Made by a program: the position numbers and the translations under genes. A DNA stretch of 64,000 nucleotides, taken from assembly GCA_041658785.1 (NCBI GenBank), contig JBAZZL010000003.1, positions 639 to 64,638 on the forward strand. The letters are read 5' to 3'. Shown one piece after another: positions 39,314 to 47,130 of this stretch. Each line of letters begins with the position of its first letter. Positions within the stretch are counted from its first letter, which is position 1. The stretch is from Patescibacteria group bacterium. GTDB taxonomy: Bacteria > Patescibacteriota > Patescibacteriia > Magasanikbacterales > UBA922. The notes beneath the pieces are model-generated. The model saw nothing but the letters and a program-made list of their open reading frames with translations, was not told the DNA's origin and did no database searches.

Positions 39314-40786
39314 CTATCTAACAGTTAAATTATTTCGTTGTAAATATTTTTTCAACTCCAAAATACTAATTTCCCCGTAGTGAAACAGCGTTGCCGCCAA
39401 AGCCGCGTCGCAGCCGCCTTTGGTAAACGCCGCCAAAAAATCCTCTTTTTTGCCGGCGCCGCTGGAGGCGATCATGGGAATATTTACGCTCTCGGTAATA
39501 CCTTTTAATAACTCCAGATCAAACCCCGTTTTTGTTCCGTCGCGATCCAAACTGTTCACCAACAGTTCCCCGGCGCCCAGCCGTTCCATTTGTTGGGAAA
39601 ATTTTATGGCGTCAATTTTCGTTTTTTTGGTCCCGCCATTGATATAAATTTTCCAGCTCCTGCCTTGTTTTTTCGCGTCAACCGAGATCACGACGCATTG
39701 CGAGCCGAAATATTGCGCCGCTTCTTTGATAAGCTGGGAATTGGTTACCGCCGCGGAGCCGATGGAAATTTTATCCGCTCCGGCATTCAGCAGATCGCGG
39801 ATGTCTTCAGTTGTTGAAACCCCGCCGCCGACGGTAAAAGGGATGTTTATTTCTTTCGCGATTTGGGAAACCAACTCGCGAAATGTCTGGCGGTTTTCCC
39901 GGGTCGCGGAAATATCCAAATATACCAGTTCGTCCGCCCCCGATTCGCTGTATCGTTTTCCCAAGAGAACCGGATCGCCAGCGTCGCGGAGGTTTTTAAA
40001 ATTGGTGCCCTTTACCACCCGCCCGTTCTCTACATCAAGGCAGGGGATGATTCTTTTTGCCAGATTGTTTCTGTACGCGACTGCTCGCTGCGCTTTTTTG
40101 AGATCAATCTTTTTTTCATAAAGCGCTTTGCCCACGATCGCGCCAAACGCGCCGAGTTTATTCAGCTCCTCAATATCGGACAAAGACGCCACGCCTCCGG
40201 CCGCGATGGCGGCAAAACCCGCGTTGATAAATTGTTTTGTTAGAACAAAATTCGGTCCTTTTAGCAGTCCGTCTTTTGAGGTGTCAGTTACTATGACAGA
40301 TTTTATCCTCGCTTTCTTGAGAATAGTAACAATATCAGAAATGGTTTTAGTATCTTTTTTCAACCATCCGCGGGTGGCAATTTTTTCGTCTTTAATATCA
40401 ATGGAAACAGTTATTCTAGAATTTCCAAAATTTTTGATCAATCGGTTAAGTAATTTTGGGTTTTCCAAAGCAACAGTGCTTAAAATAATTTTTTCAATGC
40501 CATTTTCAAGATACCTTCGCGCCTGGTCGTAAGAGCGAATACCACCGCCTATCTGGAGCGGAATGTTAACTGAATTGGCAATGGCAAAAACTGTTTTCAA
40601 GTTTACCGGAAAGCCTGATTTCGCGCCGTCCAAATCAACCAGATGCAAAAATACTGCCCCCTGTTTTTCAAAGTTTTTAGCAACCCCAATAGGATTGTTG
40701 CTATAAACTGTTGGATCAGAAAAATTGCCTTGAACCAGGCGCACGCATTTGCCATTGATAATATCAATTGCCGGTATTATAAACAT
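39314..40786 (-). CDS. hisA/hisF: HisA-HisF fusion
   Basis: IIPAID..VRLVQG (HisA) continuous with LAKRIIPCLDV..VVKG (HisF). Confidence 0.9.
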   Translation of the reverse strand: MFIIPAIDIINGKCVRLVQGNFSDPTVYSNNPIGVAKNFEKQGAVFLHLVDLDGAKSGFPVNLKTVFAIANSVNIPLQIGGGIRSYDQARRYLENGIEKIILSTVALENPKLLNRLIKNFGNSRITVSIDIKDEKIATRGWLKKDTKTISDIVTILKKARIKSVIVTDTSKDGLLKGPNFVLTKQFINAGFAAIAAGGVASLSDIEELNKLGAFGAIVGKALYEKKIDLKKAQRAVAYRNNLAKRIIPCLDVENGRVVKGTNFKNLRDAGDPVLLGKRYSESGADELVYLDISATRENRQTFRELVSQIAKEINIPFTVGGGVSTTEDIRDLLNAGADKISIGSAAVTNSQLIKEAAQYFGSQCVVISVDAKKQGRSWKIYINGGTKKTKIDAIKFSQQMERLGAGELLVNSLDRDGTKTGFDLELLKGITESVNIPMIASSGAGKKEDFLAAFTKGGCDAALAATLFHYGEISILELKKYLQRNNLTVR

Positions 40787-41370
40787 AGTCCGCAAAAATT
40801 ATTAAGCAATCGCCGCCCCTGCTCTCCGGATTTTTCCGGGTGAAACTGGACCGCGAAAAAATTATCTTTTTGCATGATTGACGGAAAATCAAAACCATAA
40901 CTCGTTTCCCCGATAATCTGTTTGGCCGTCGGAGCGTCAACATAATAGGAGTGGACAAAGTAAAAGTATGAACCGTCCGGAATGCCGGCAGTCAATGGCG
41001 AATTTCGTTTCAGCGCCACTTTATTCCAACCGAGGTGCGGGGTTTTTAGCGTCGGCGGGAATTTGCGGCAGGCGCCCGGGAAAATGCCGAGGCATTTTGT
41101 CCGGTCCTCTTCGGAGCATTGGGCGAGTAATTGCATTCCGAGACAAATACCCAAAAACGGTTTGGTAAGTTGAGGGATGATTTTATCAATGCCCGTTTTT
41201 CTTAATTCCGACATTGCGGCGCCAGCCCGACCCTGGCCGGGGAAGATTACTTTGTCGGTGCGCAAAATAGTTTTTGGATCGCGCGTAACAATGTACTCAA
41301 AACCAAGCCGTTCCAAAGCATTGGCGACCGAGGCGATGTTGCCCGCATTGTAGTTGATGATGGCGATCAT
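40777..41370 (-). CDS. hisH: Imidazole glycerol phosphate synthase subunit HisH
   Basis: GICLGMQ, YFVHSY, QFHPEKS. Confidence 0.95.
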   Translation of the reverse strand: MIAIINYNAGNIASVANALERLGFEYIVTRDPKTILRTDKVIFPGQGRAGAAMSELRKTGIDKIIPQLTKPFLGICLGMQLLAQCSEEDRTKCLGIFPGACRKFPPTLKTPHLGWNKVALKRNSPLTAGIPDGSYFYFVHSYYVDAPTAKQIIGETSYGFDFPSIMQKDNFFAVQFHPEKSGEQGRRLLNNFCGLCL

Positions 41371-41392
41371 ATATAGGTGTGGATGGTTGCTA

Positions 41393-41421
41393 TTGACAGT
41401 TTTCTAGAAATTTATTATCAT
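41393..41421 (+). promoter_or_regulatory. Sigma70 promoter of the candidate anti-tRNA sRNA
   Basis: TTGACA-17-TATCAT. Confidence 0.7.
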
Positions 41422-41427
41422 AATAAT

Positions 41428-41505
41428 GCTAAGAGTAGAGTGCCTATACACTATAGGCCAACTACCTGTCAAGCGAAAAGGATCCTAGCAATAGGGTCTT
41501 TTTTT
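41428..41505 (+). ncRNA. Candidate anti-tRNA small RNA
   Basis: 41431-41443 and 41459-41473 are exact reverse complements of 41564-41576 and 41574-41588; own promoter; GCAA-capped terminator at 41476-41505. Confidence 0.65.
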
Positions 41506-41542
41506 GTGTCCTTTTTTCAGGTATAATATCACGCGTGCGATC

Positions 41543-41614
41543 GGGCCTGTGGTGTAACTGGCAGCACTCTACTCTTGACAGGTAGTTGAGCCGGTTCGAG
41601 TCCGGTCAGGTCCA
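41543..41614 (+). tRNA. Atypical tRNA: G3:U70/A73 acceptor, anticodon loop CTTGACA (UGA, or GAC in a shifted register)
   Basis: Full cloverleaf: GGGCCTG/CAGGTCC, GTGT/GCAC, CTACT/GGTAG, GCCGG-TTCGAGT-CCGGT; 4-nt variable loop; no encoded CCA. Confidence 0.8.
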
Positions 41615-41651
41615 CACGCCAAAGTCCCGATTATGTCGGGATCTTTGGTTT

Positions 41652-42242
41652 TTAAATAACTCCCTTGGTTGACGGCATCATTTTGGAGATTCTTTCATTT
41701 TTTTCGCATGCCATTCTCATCGCTCTCCCGACCGCTTTAAAAATTGCTTCAATTTTGTGGTGCTCATTGCGGCCGTATTTTATTGCAAGGTGCAGATTGC
41801 ATTTTAGATTTTCACTAAAAGCGCGGAAGAAATCCTCAACGAGCTCGGTCGGCAAATCCCCCACGAATTCCCGTTTCGGAGTGTAATTAAATACCAGATA
41901 AGCGCGGCCGCCCAAATCCAGAGCGACCTGGGCAAGCGCTTCGTCCATGGGCAGCAAGAAACCGTAGCGCTCAATGCCTTTTTTATCCCCCAGCGCTTTT
42001 CCAATGGCCTGCCCCAAACAAATGCCGACATCCTCCACGGTGTGGTGTTCGTCAACTTTCAAGTCGCCGGTGGCTTGAATTTTTAGATCAATCAAAGATT
42101 GTTTGGAGAACTGTTCCAGCAGGTGATCAAAAAAACCAATGCCGGTATCAATTTTATATTTTCCGGCGCCGTCAAGATTCACCGAGACGAGGATGTCGGT
42201 TTCGTTGGTTTTTCTTTTAACTATTGTTTTTCTCTGTTTCAT
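41652..42242 (-). CDS. hisB: Imidazoleglycerol-phosphate dehydratase
   Basis: DEHHTVED, PMDEAL, NEHHKIEAIFK, PSTKG. Confidence 0.95.
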   Translation of the reverse strand: MKQRKTIVKRKTNETDILVSVNLDGAGKYKIDTGIGFFDHLLEQFSKQSLIDLKIQATGDLKVDEHHTVEDVGICLGQAIGKALGDKKGIERYGFLLPMDEALAQVALDLGGRAYLVFNYTPKREFVGDLPTELVEDFFRAFSENLKCNLHLAIKYGRNEHHKIEAIFKAVGRAMRMACEKNERISKMMPSTKGVI

Positions 42243-42259
42243 AAGATTTTGTTACATTG

Positions 42260-42784
42260 TCACATTGTTACATTGTTGTTGCGGGGGACTTGGAATTGTC
42301 CGTTGGTTGAAGTTTTGTAGAATTTAATGCCAATATTTTTTGCAAATTTTTTGTCAGAATCCCTATCGCCGCAGATAAAGGAATTTTTTATATTGATTTT
42401 GTTTTCTTCTAGAAACCGTTTAACCAAGCCGATCTTCGGCTTCCGGCAATTACAATTATTTTTTGGCAGATGCGGGCAGATGAAGATCTTTTCAAATTCA
42501 ATCCCGTTTTCTTTAAATATCTTTAGCAAGCGATTTTGCGGCAGAGTAAACTTTGTTCGGGGAAAAGATTTTGTTCCCAGTCCGTCTTGATTGGAGATCA
42601 TAATCAGTTTGTAGCCGTTTTTTCTTAATTTTTTCAGACCGCGGATAACGCCGGGCAAAATAAATAATTTTTCCAGACAATCAACCTGAAAATCGTCCGG
42701 CGGCTCGTAGATCAGGGTGCCGTCGCGGTCCAGAAAGGCGTATTTTTGTTTTTCGCTTTCATTTTTTAAGAATTTGTTTTTCAT
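42260..42784 (-). CDS. Histidinol-phosphatase (HAD, stand-alone HisB N-domain)
   Basis: FLDRDGTLI, SNQDGLG, CNCRKP, GDRDSD. Confidence 0.88.
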   Translation of the reverse strand: MKNKFLKNESEKQKYAFLDRDGTLIYEPPDDFQVDCLEKLFILPGVIRGLKKLRKNGYKLIMISNQDGLGTKSFPRTKFTLPQNRLLKIFKENGIEFEKIFICPHLPKNNCNCRKPKIGLVKRFLEENKINIKNSFICGDRDSDKKFAKNIGIKFYKTSTNGQFQVPRNNNVTM

Positions 42785-42871
42785 AAACGGAGGTTAATAC
42801 AGATATTATATTAGTAGTGCAGGAACCTTCTTTAAGGGATTCCTCGGCTCCGTTCACTCGCGCGAGCTCGT

Positions 42872-43945
42872 TCACTTCGCTCGGAATGACAAACGGGAAT
42901 ACACCTCAATAAATTTCTTCATTTGTTTAACGGTGCCGATTGACAGCCGTATCGTCCCTTTGATTTCCGGTTCCTGGCGTACGCGCAGTCGTATGCCGCC
43001 GTCCAGTAATTTTTTATTGGTCTCCACCGGGTTATCTGGACGAAAAAGGATAAAATTCGCCGCGCTGGGATAAAAAATAACACCGTTGGCGCGGAAAAAT
43101 TTTTCCACCATCGGTTTGGCTTTATTCATCACTTCGTCAACGTATTTTTTAACGCTCTTCAAATCCATCAAAGCGGCCCGGACGGCAACGCCTGCCGGCA
43201 TGTTAATGTCGTACGCCCCGCGCACTTTCAGAAATTCTTTGATATATTCTTCCCGAGCGACGACATAGCCAATCCGCAAGGCCACCAAGCCAAAGGCCTT
43301 GGAAAACGTCCGCGTAATAACTAGGTTTGGATATTTTTTAAGCAACGGGACGGCAGTCACCCCGGCGAATTCATAATATGCTTCGTCTACATATACCATA
43401 GCGTCATTGTCTAACGCTCGACGCAGAATAATCTCAACATCTTGGAGCGAAGTTAGGGTACCGGTCGGATTATTAGGATTGCAAACGACAACCAGCCGCG
43501 CGCCTTTCTCTATTTCTGTCAATGTTTTTTCTAAGGGATAAGAAAAATCCTCTCGGTAATTTACCGCGGCTAGATTATTATTCTCAATTTGGGAGCATTG
43601 GTAAAACATGGCGAAACTTGGTTTTGGTATCACCACCCGGTCCCCGCTTTTGGTAAAGGTGCGGAAAATAAGATCAATTCCTTGATCCGAACCATTGGTA
43701 ATCATAATTTGCGCCGGAGGCACGCCAGCGTATTTGGCGATAGCTTCGCAAATGTCGCCGTATTCGGGGTAGAGCTGTAATCTGGGTTCAATTAGGAAAT
43801 CCTTCAAAGCATCAAGAACTTTTTGGCTAGGAGGGACAGCGCGTTCGCTAAAATCCAAAAGCAAGCCCCGATACGCCCGCCGATTCTCAATCGGCGGGGA
43901 GTAGGGCTGCATTGCTTGGATTTGTTTGTTGGCTAAGTTGATCAT
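42872..43945 (-). CDS. hisC: Histidinol-phosphate aminotransferase
   Basis: NGSD, NPNNPTG, DEAY, RTFSKAFGL..LRIGY. Confidence 0.92.
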   Translation of the reverse strand: MINLANKQIQAMQPYSPPIENRRAYRGLLLDFSERAVPPSQKVLDALKDFLIEPRLQLYPEYGDICEAIAKYAGVPPAQIMITNGSDQGIDLIFRTFTKSGDRVVIPKPSFAMFYQCSQIENNNLAAVNYREDFSYPLEKTLTEIEKGARLVVVCNPNNPTGTLTSLQDVEIILRRALDNDAMVYVDEAYYEFAGVTAVPLLKKYPNLVITRTFSKAFGLVALRIGYVVAREEYIKEFLKVRGAYDINMPAGVAVRAALMDLKSVKKYVDEVMNKAKPMVEKFFRANGVIFYPSAANFILFRPDNPVETNKKLLDGGIRLRVRQEPEIKGTIRLSIGTVKQMKKFIEVYSRLSFRAK

Positions 43946-43956
43946 AATATTGATTT

Positions 43957-44162
43957 ACTGTGAATTACGAAACGTGAGTTTTCATCATTCTCATTTAGAG
44001 GACTCTTCGCAGCGAAACACTCTTCGCGGTAACCCGCACCTCATCCCCCTGCCCCTTCTCCTTGAAGGAGAAGGGGGGTCGCCAATTGTCCATCTGGCTT
44101 CCCCTCTCCTTTTAGGAGAGGGCTAGGGGTGAGGTGCGGGTTACCGCGAAGAGTTTTCGGAA
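43957..44162. mobile_element. Second copy of the MITE-like element, right TIR missing
   Basis: Colinear high similarity to about 31423-31631. Confidence 0.7.
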
Positions 44163-44167
44163 AGGAT

Positions 44168-45307
44168 TTAGACGGACTGATTGAATCGAACAAAGATGCT
44201 CTCGGCATGGGCTTTTAATCCTTCCGCTTCGGCAATGGTAATAATGCTATTTTTTATTTTTTTCAATCCCATTTTAGACACTCTCTGCACTTCAATCTTT
44301 TTGCCGAAATCCTCCACGCTTAAAGCGGAATAGACCCGGGCCCAGCCGGCGGTGGGCAGAGTGTGGTTGGGACCCGTGGCGTAATCGCCGGCCGGGACCG
44401 GGGAATAGTTACCCAAAAAGATTGAACCGGCATTGTTGATCAGCGGCAAAATTTTTTCTGCGTTTGCTGTCATAATTTCCAAGTGTTCGGGCGCGATGTC
44501 ATTAACCAATTTTATTGCTTCGCTCATTGTTTTTACCTGTCTTATTTCGCTGACATTGATTTGTTTGGCTAATTTTTTGCTGGTCGTAATTAAAATCGCG
44601 ACAGAATCCGGGCCGTGTTCTATCTGGGAAGCTAGGTCGGCCTTAATAAATTCGGGGTTAGCGGTTTCGTCGGCCAAGATAGCGATTTCCGAAGGCCCGG
44701 CCGGCAGATCAATTGCCGTGTCTTTGCTTACTTGGATTTTTGCTTCGGTAACATACCTGTTTCCCGGGCCGAATATTTTATCAACTTTGGGAATTGATTT
44801 GGTGCCGTAAGCCATCGCCGCGATGGCCTGGGCGCCGCCCGTCTGGTAGATATCGGTAATGCCCACGAGTTTGGCGGCGGCCAAAGTGGCGGGGGGAATA
44901 GGGGGCGGGGCGCACATAATAATTTTTTTACAACCAGCCAATTTGGCCGGAATTCCCAGCATGAGCACGGTTGATGGGTATTTGGCCCGGCCACCGGGAA
45001 CATAGAGCCCCACTTTTTCAATCGGCCGGAATTCGCGCCAGCATTTTATACCCGGCAGAGTTTCTATTGTCGGCTCTCGGCTGTTTAAAATATTTTGGTT
45101 GAATTTTTTAATATTTTTGGCAGCAGCTTTTAGAGATTGGATTAGTTTTTTATCTACTTTTTTGCCGGCCTGTTTAATTTGCGCCGGGGTAATTTTTAAA
45201 TTATTAATTTTGGCATTATCAAACTTGAGCGCGTAAGCTTTTAGGGCATTATCGCCGTTTTTTTTCACCTCCTTGATGATTTGTCCGACAATTTTTACGG
45301 TGTTCAT
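44168..45307 (-). CDS. hisD: Histidinol dehydrogenase
   Basis: GLYVPGG, GGAQAIAAMAYG, PAGPSE, APEHL, GPNHTLPT. Confidence 0.95.
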   Translation of the reverse strand: MNTVKIVGQIIKEVKKNGDNALKAYALKFDNAKINNLKITPAQIKQAGKKVDKKLIQSLKAAAKNIKKFNQNILNSREPTIETLPGIKCWREFRPIEKVGLYVPGGRAKYPSTVLMLGIPAKLAGCKKIIMCAPPPIPPATLAAAKLVGITDIYQTGGAQAIAAMAYGTKSIPKVDKIFGPGNRYVTEAKIQVSKDTAIDLPAGPSEIAILADETANPEFIKADLASQIEHGPDSVAILITTSKKLAKQINVSEIRQVKTMSEAIKLVNDIAPEHLEIMTANAEKILPLINNAGSIFLGNYSPVPAGDYATGPNHTLPTAGWARVYSALSVEDFGKKIEVQRVSKMGLKKIKNSIITIAEAEGLKAHAESIFVRFNQSV

Positions 45308-45909
45308 ATTAGATTCAAAAATTTTTGTTTATTAGAATTTTCAAACGGACTTTCTATCAGCACCGCCTCTGATTTCACAATTGTTTCTATTGGGATAAGA
45401 CCGTTTTCTTTTAAAGTTTGTCCGGTTTGGGTAATGTCGCAGATGGCGTCAGCCAGATTGAGCGAGGGCGCTATTTCTACTGATCCGTCAAGATTGACAA
45501 TGGCGGCATTGATATTATTTATTCTTAAGTACTTGGAAAGAAGCTGTGGATAGCTGGTCGCAATCCGCTTCCCTTCCAGATCTGCCGTGGTTTTGATCAG
45601 AGAATCCTTTGGCGCTGCAATAACCAGTTGGCAATTGCCGAACCCCAATCGTCTGATAATGTTGGTATAAATGCCTTTTTCGGCCAAGACGTTTTCTCCC
45701 ACGATGCCAAAATCAACCACACCTTGGCTTACATATTCCGGTATGTCGTCGTCTCTCACCAAAATTATTTCGGTATTGGTTTTTTTGCAGATGGTAATAT
45801 AACAATGGCCGTTTTGCTGGTTATTGATGCCGATAGCAGAGAGAAAAACAAGGCTTGGTTCGTTCAATCTGCCTTTTTTTTGAATTGCGATTTTGATAGT
45901 ATTTTTCAT
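45304..45909 (-). CDS. hisG: ATP phosphoribosyltransferase, short form
   Basis: QKKGRL, RDDDIP, IATSYP, GSVE, TGQTLKENGL; 201 aa. Confidence 0.93.
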   Translation of the reverse strand: MKNTIKIAIQKKGRLNEPSLVFLSAIGINNQQNGHCYITICKKTNTEIILVRDDDIPEYVSQGVVDFGIVGENVLAEKGIYTNIIRRLGFGNCQLVIAAPKDSLIKTTADLEGKRIATSYPQLLSKYLRINNINAAIVNLDGSVEIAPSLNLADAICDITQTGQTLKENGLIPIETIVKSEAVLIESPFENSNKQKFLNLI

Positions 45910-45921
45910 AGATAGGGAATA

Positions 45922-45950
45922 AACAAAAAACCGCCCATCTGGCGATTTTT
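45922..45950 (-). terminator. Candidate attenuator terminator upstream of hisG
   Basis: AAAATCGCC-AGATG-GGCGGTTTTTT. Confidence 0.65.
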
Positions 45951-45979
45951 ATGACCCAAAATAAACCCGATCAAGAGGT

Positions 45980-46033
45980 TTATCCCGGGTCGTTTAGATG
46001 ATGAATCGTATTTTGCGTCGTGACATTTTTCAT
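45980..46033 (-). CDS. Candidate his leader peptide MKNVTTQNTIHHLNDPG
   Basis: Tandem CAT CAT codons between promoter and terminator upstream of hisG. Confidence 0.6.
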   Translation of the reverse strand: MKNVTTQNTIHHLNDPG

Positions 46034-46044
46034 AGAATAATCAT

Positions 46045-46082
46045 TGTATTAGTACATTAACACATTAAAACAAGGGCGTCAA
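46045..46082 (-). promoter_or_regulatory. his promoter with overlapping palindromic operator
   Basis: TTGACG-17-TAATGT; TGTGTTA-N6-TAATACA at 46045-46064. Confidence 0.55.
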
Positions 46083-46100
46083 GGAGGGGGTGTGGATAAA

Positions 46101-46799
46101 TCAGGTTAATAATCCGGACCGGTTATTTCGATCCCGCCACCATTTGGCTGGGTTTTGGCGGATATAATAACGGATATTATTTAACGATTTTTCATTTCTG
46201 ACAATATGATCGTAAAATCGCGGTTGCCATGCAAAATAATTAAATTTGGTTATTTGATTGATTTGTTTGGTGGTCGTTGATTTGAAACCGCGGATGATTG
46301 ATGCCAAATTGTTTCGTTGCGGTCCGAATTTGTTTTGGTATGGTTGGCGTGGTGGCGATGGTTGATTTGATTGCGGCGGTTGGTATGGTGGCGGTTCGTG
46401 TAGAGGCGCATTGCAATGCGCCTCTACACGAACACGACCATTGCAATGCGCCTCTACACGAACCGTCGCCACACAATTGTCCGTCCAAACATCCAAAATA
46501 TATTTACCGTTCATTTCAATAATTTCACCAACAACAATAATTACATGGATATGGTTTGGCATAATTATCCATTCATCCAATTTTACATTTGGTCGCATTT
46601 TTTCGGTTTTTAATAATTCATTTTTTACAATTTCACCATTTTTGTTCAACACCATTTTTCCATTAATGATATGGCCAAAATAACAAATTCTGTTTTGCGT
46701 GCAAATGGTTATAAAATAATAACCCGGTTGCGAATAATCGTAACCGGATAATCGAGTGGTTTGGGTTCGGTATTTATTACGAAATAGATCCTCCTTCAT
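46101..46799 (-). mobile_element. REP-associated tyrosine transposase (Y1 HUH, RAYT-like)
   Basis: RLSGYDYSQPGYYFITICT, MPNHIH, WQPRFYDHIVRN, YIRQNP. Confidence 0.9.
46394..46463. repeat. GTAG-type REP palindrome plus half copy inside the RAYT gene
   Basis: Perfect 40-bp palindrome 46394-46433 with core GTAGAGGCGCATTGCAATGCGCCTCTAC. Confidence 0.85.
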
Positions 46800-46807
46800 A
46801 TTGTTAT

Positions 46808-47080
46808 TTATTTTCCCAACAATTTTTTGTACCCGCCCTCGCCATGTCTTATCCAATGGGCGATGCGGGTGACGGTGGCAGTGCTTATGCCGGTTTTCTC
46901 GGCGATTTTTCTATAAGGAGATCCTTTCTTAATCATTCGGGCGGCCTCCCAGCGGGAAGAAATTACTTCTAGTTCTTCCAGCGTGCACAGATCGCGTAAA
47001 AATGCGAGCATGTTAGATTCGTTTTTTATTGATAACAGCGTTTTTGCTAAATTTTTAAGTTTGGGGGTTTTCCAAGTCAT
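46808..47080 (-). CDS. TrpR-like YerC/YecD regulator, probable his repressor
   Basis: FLRDLCT..E, YRKIAEKTGISTATVTRIA, GEGGY. Confidence 0.88.
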   Translation of the reverse strand: MTWKTPKLKNLAKTLLSIKNESNMLAFLRDLCTLEELEVISSRWEAARMIKKGSPYRKIAEKTGISTATVTRIAHWIRHGEGGYKKLLGK

Positions 47081-47130
47081 AGCATTGATTTAGACTGAAT
47101 AAATTGATTTAAACTGATCTTAAAATGATA

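Noticed and set aside
41428-41505. IS110 bridge RNA or TIGR-type guide
   Set aside because: Both arms pair with the same strand and no recombinase or Tas-like gene is nearby.
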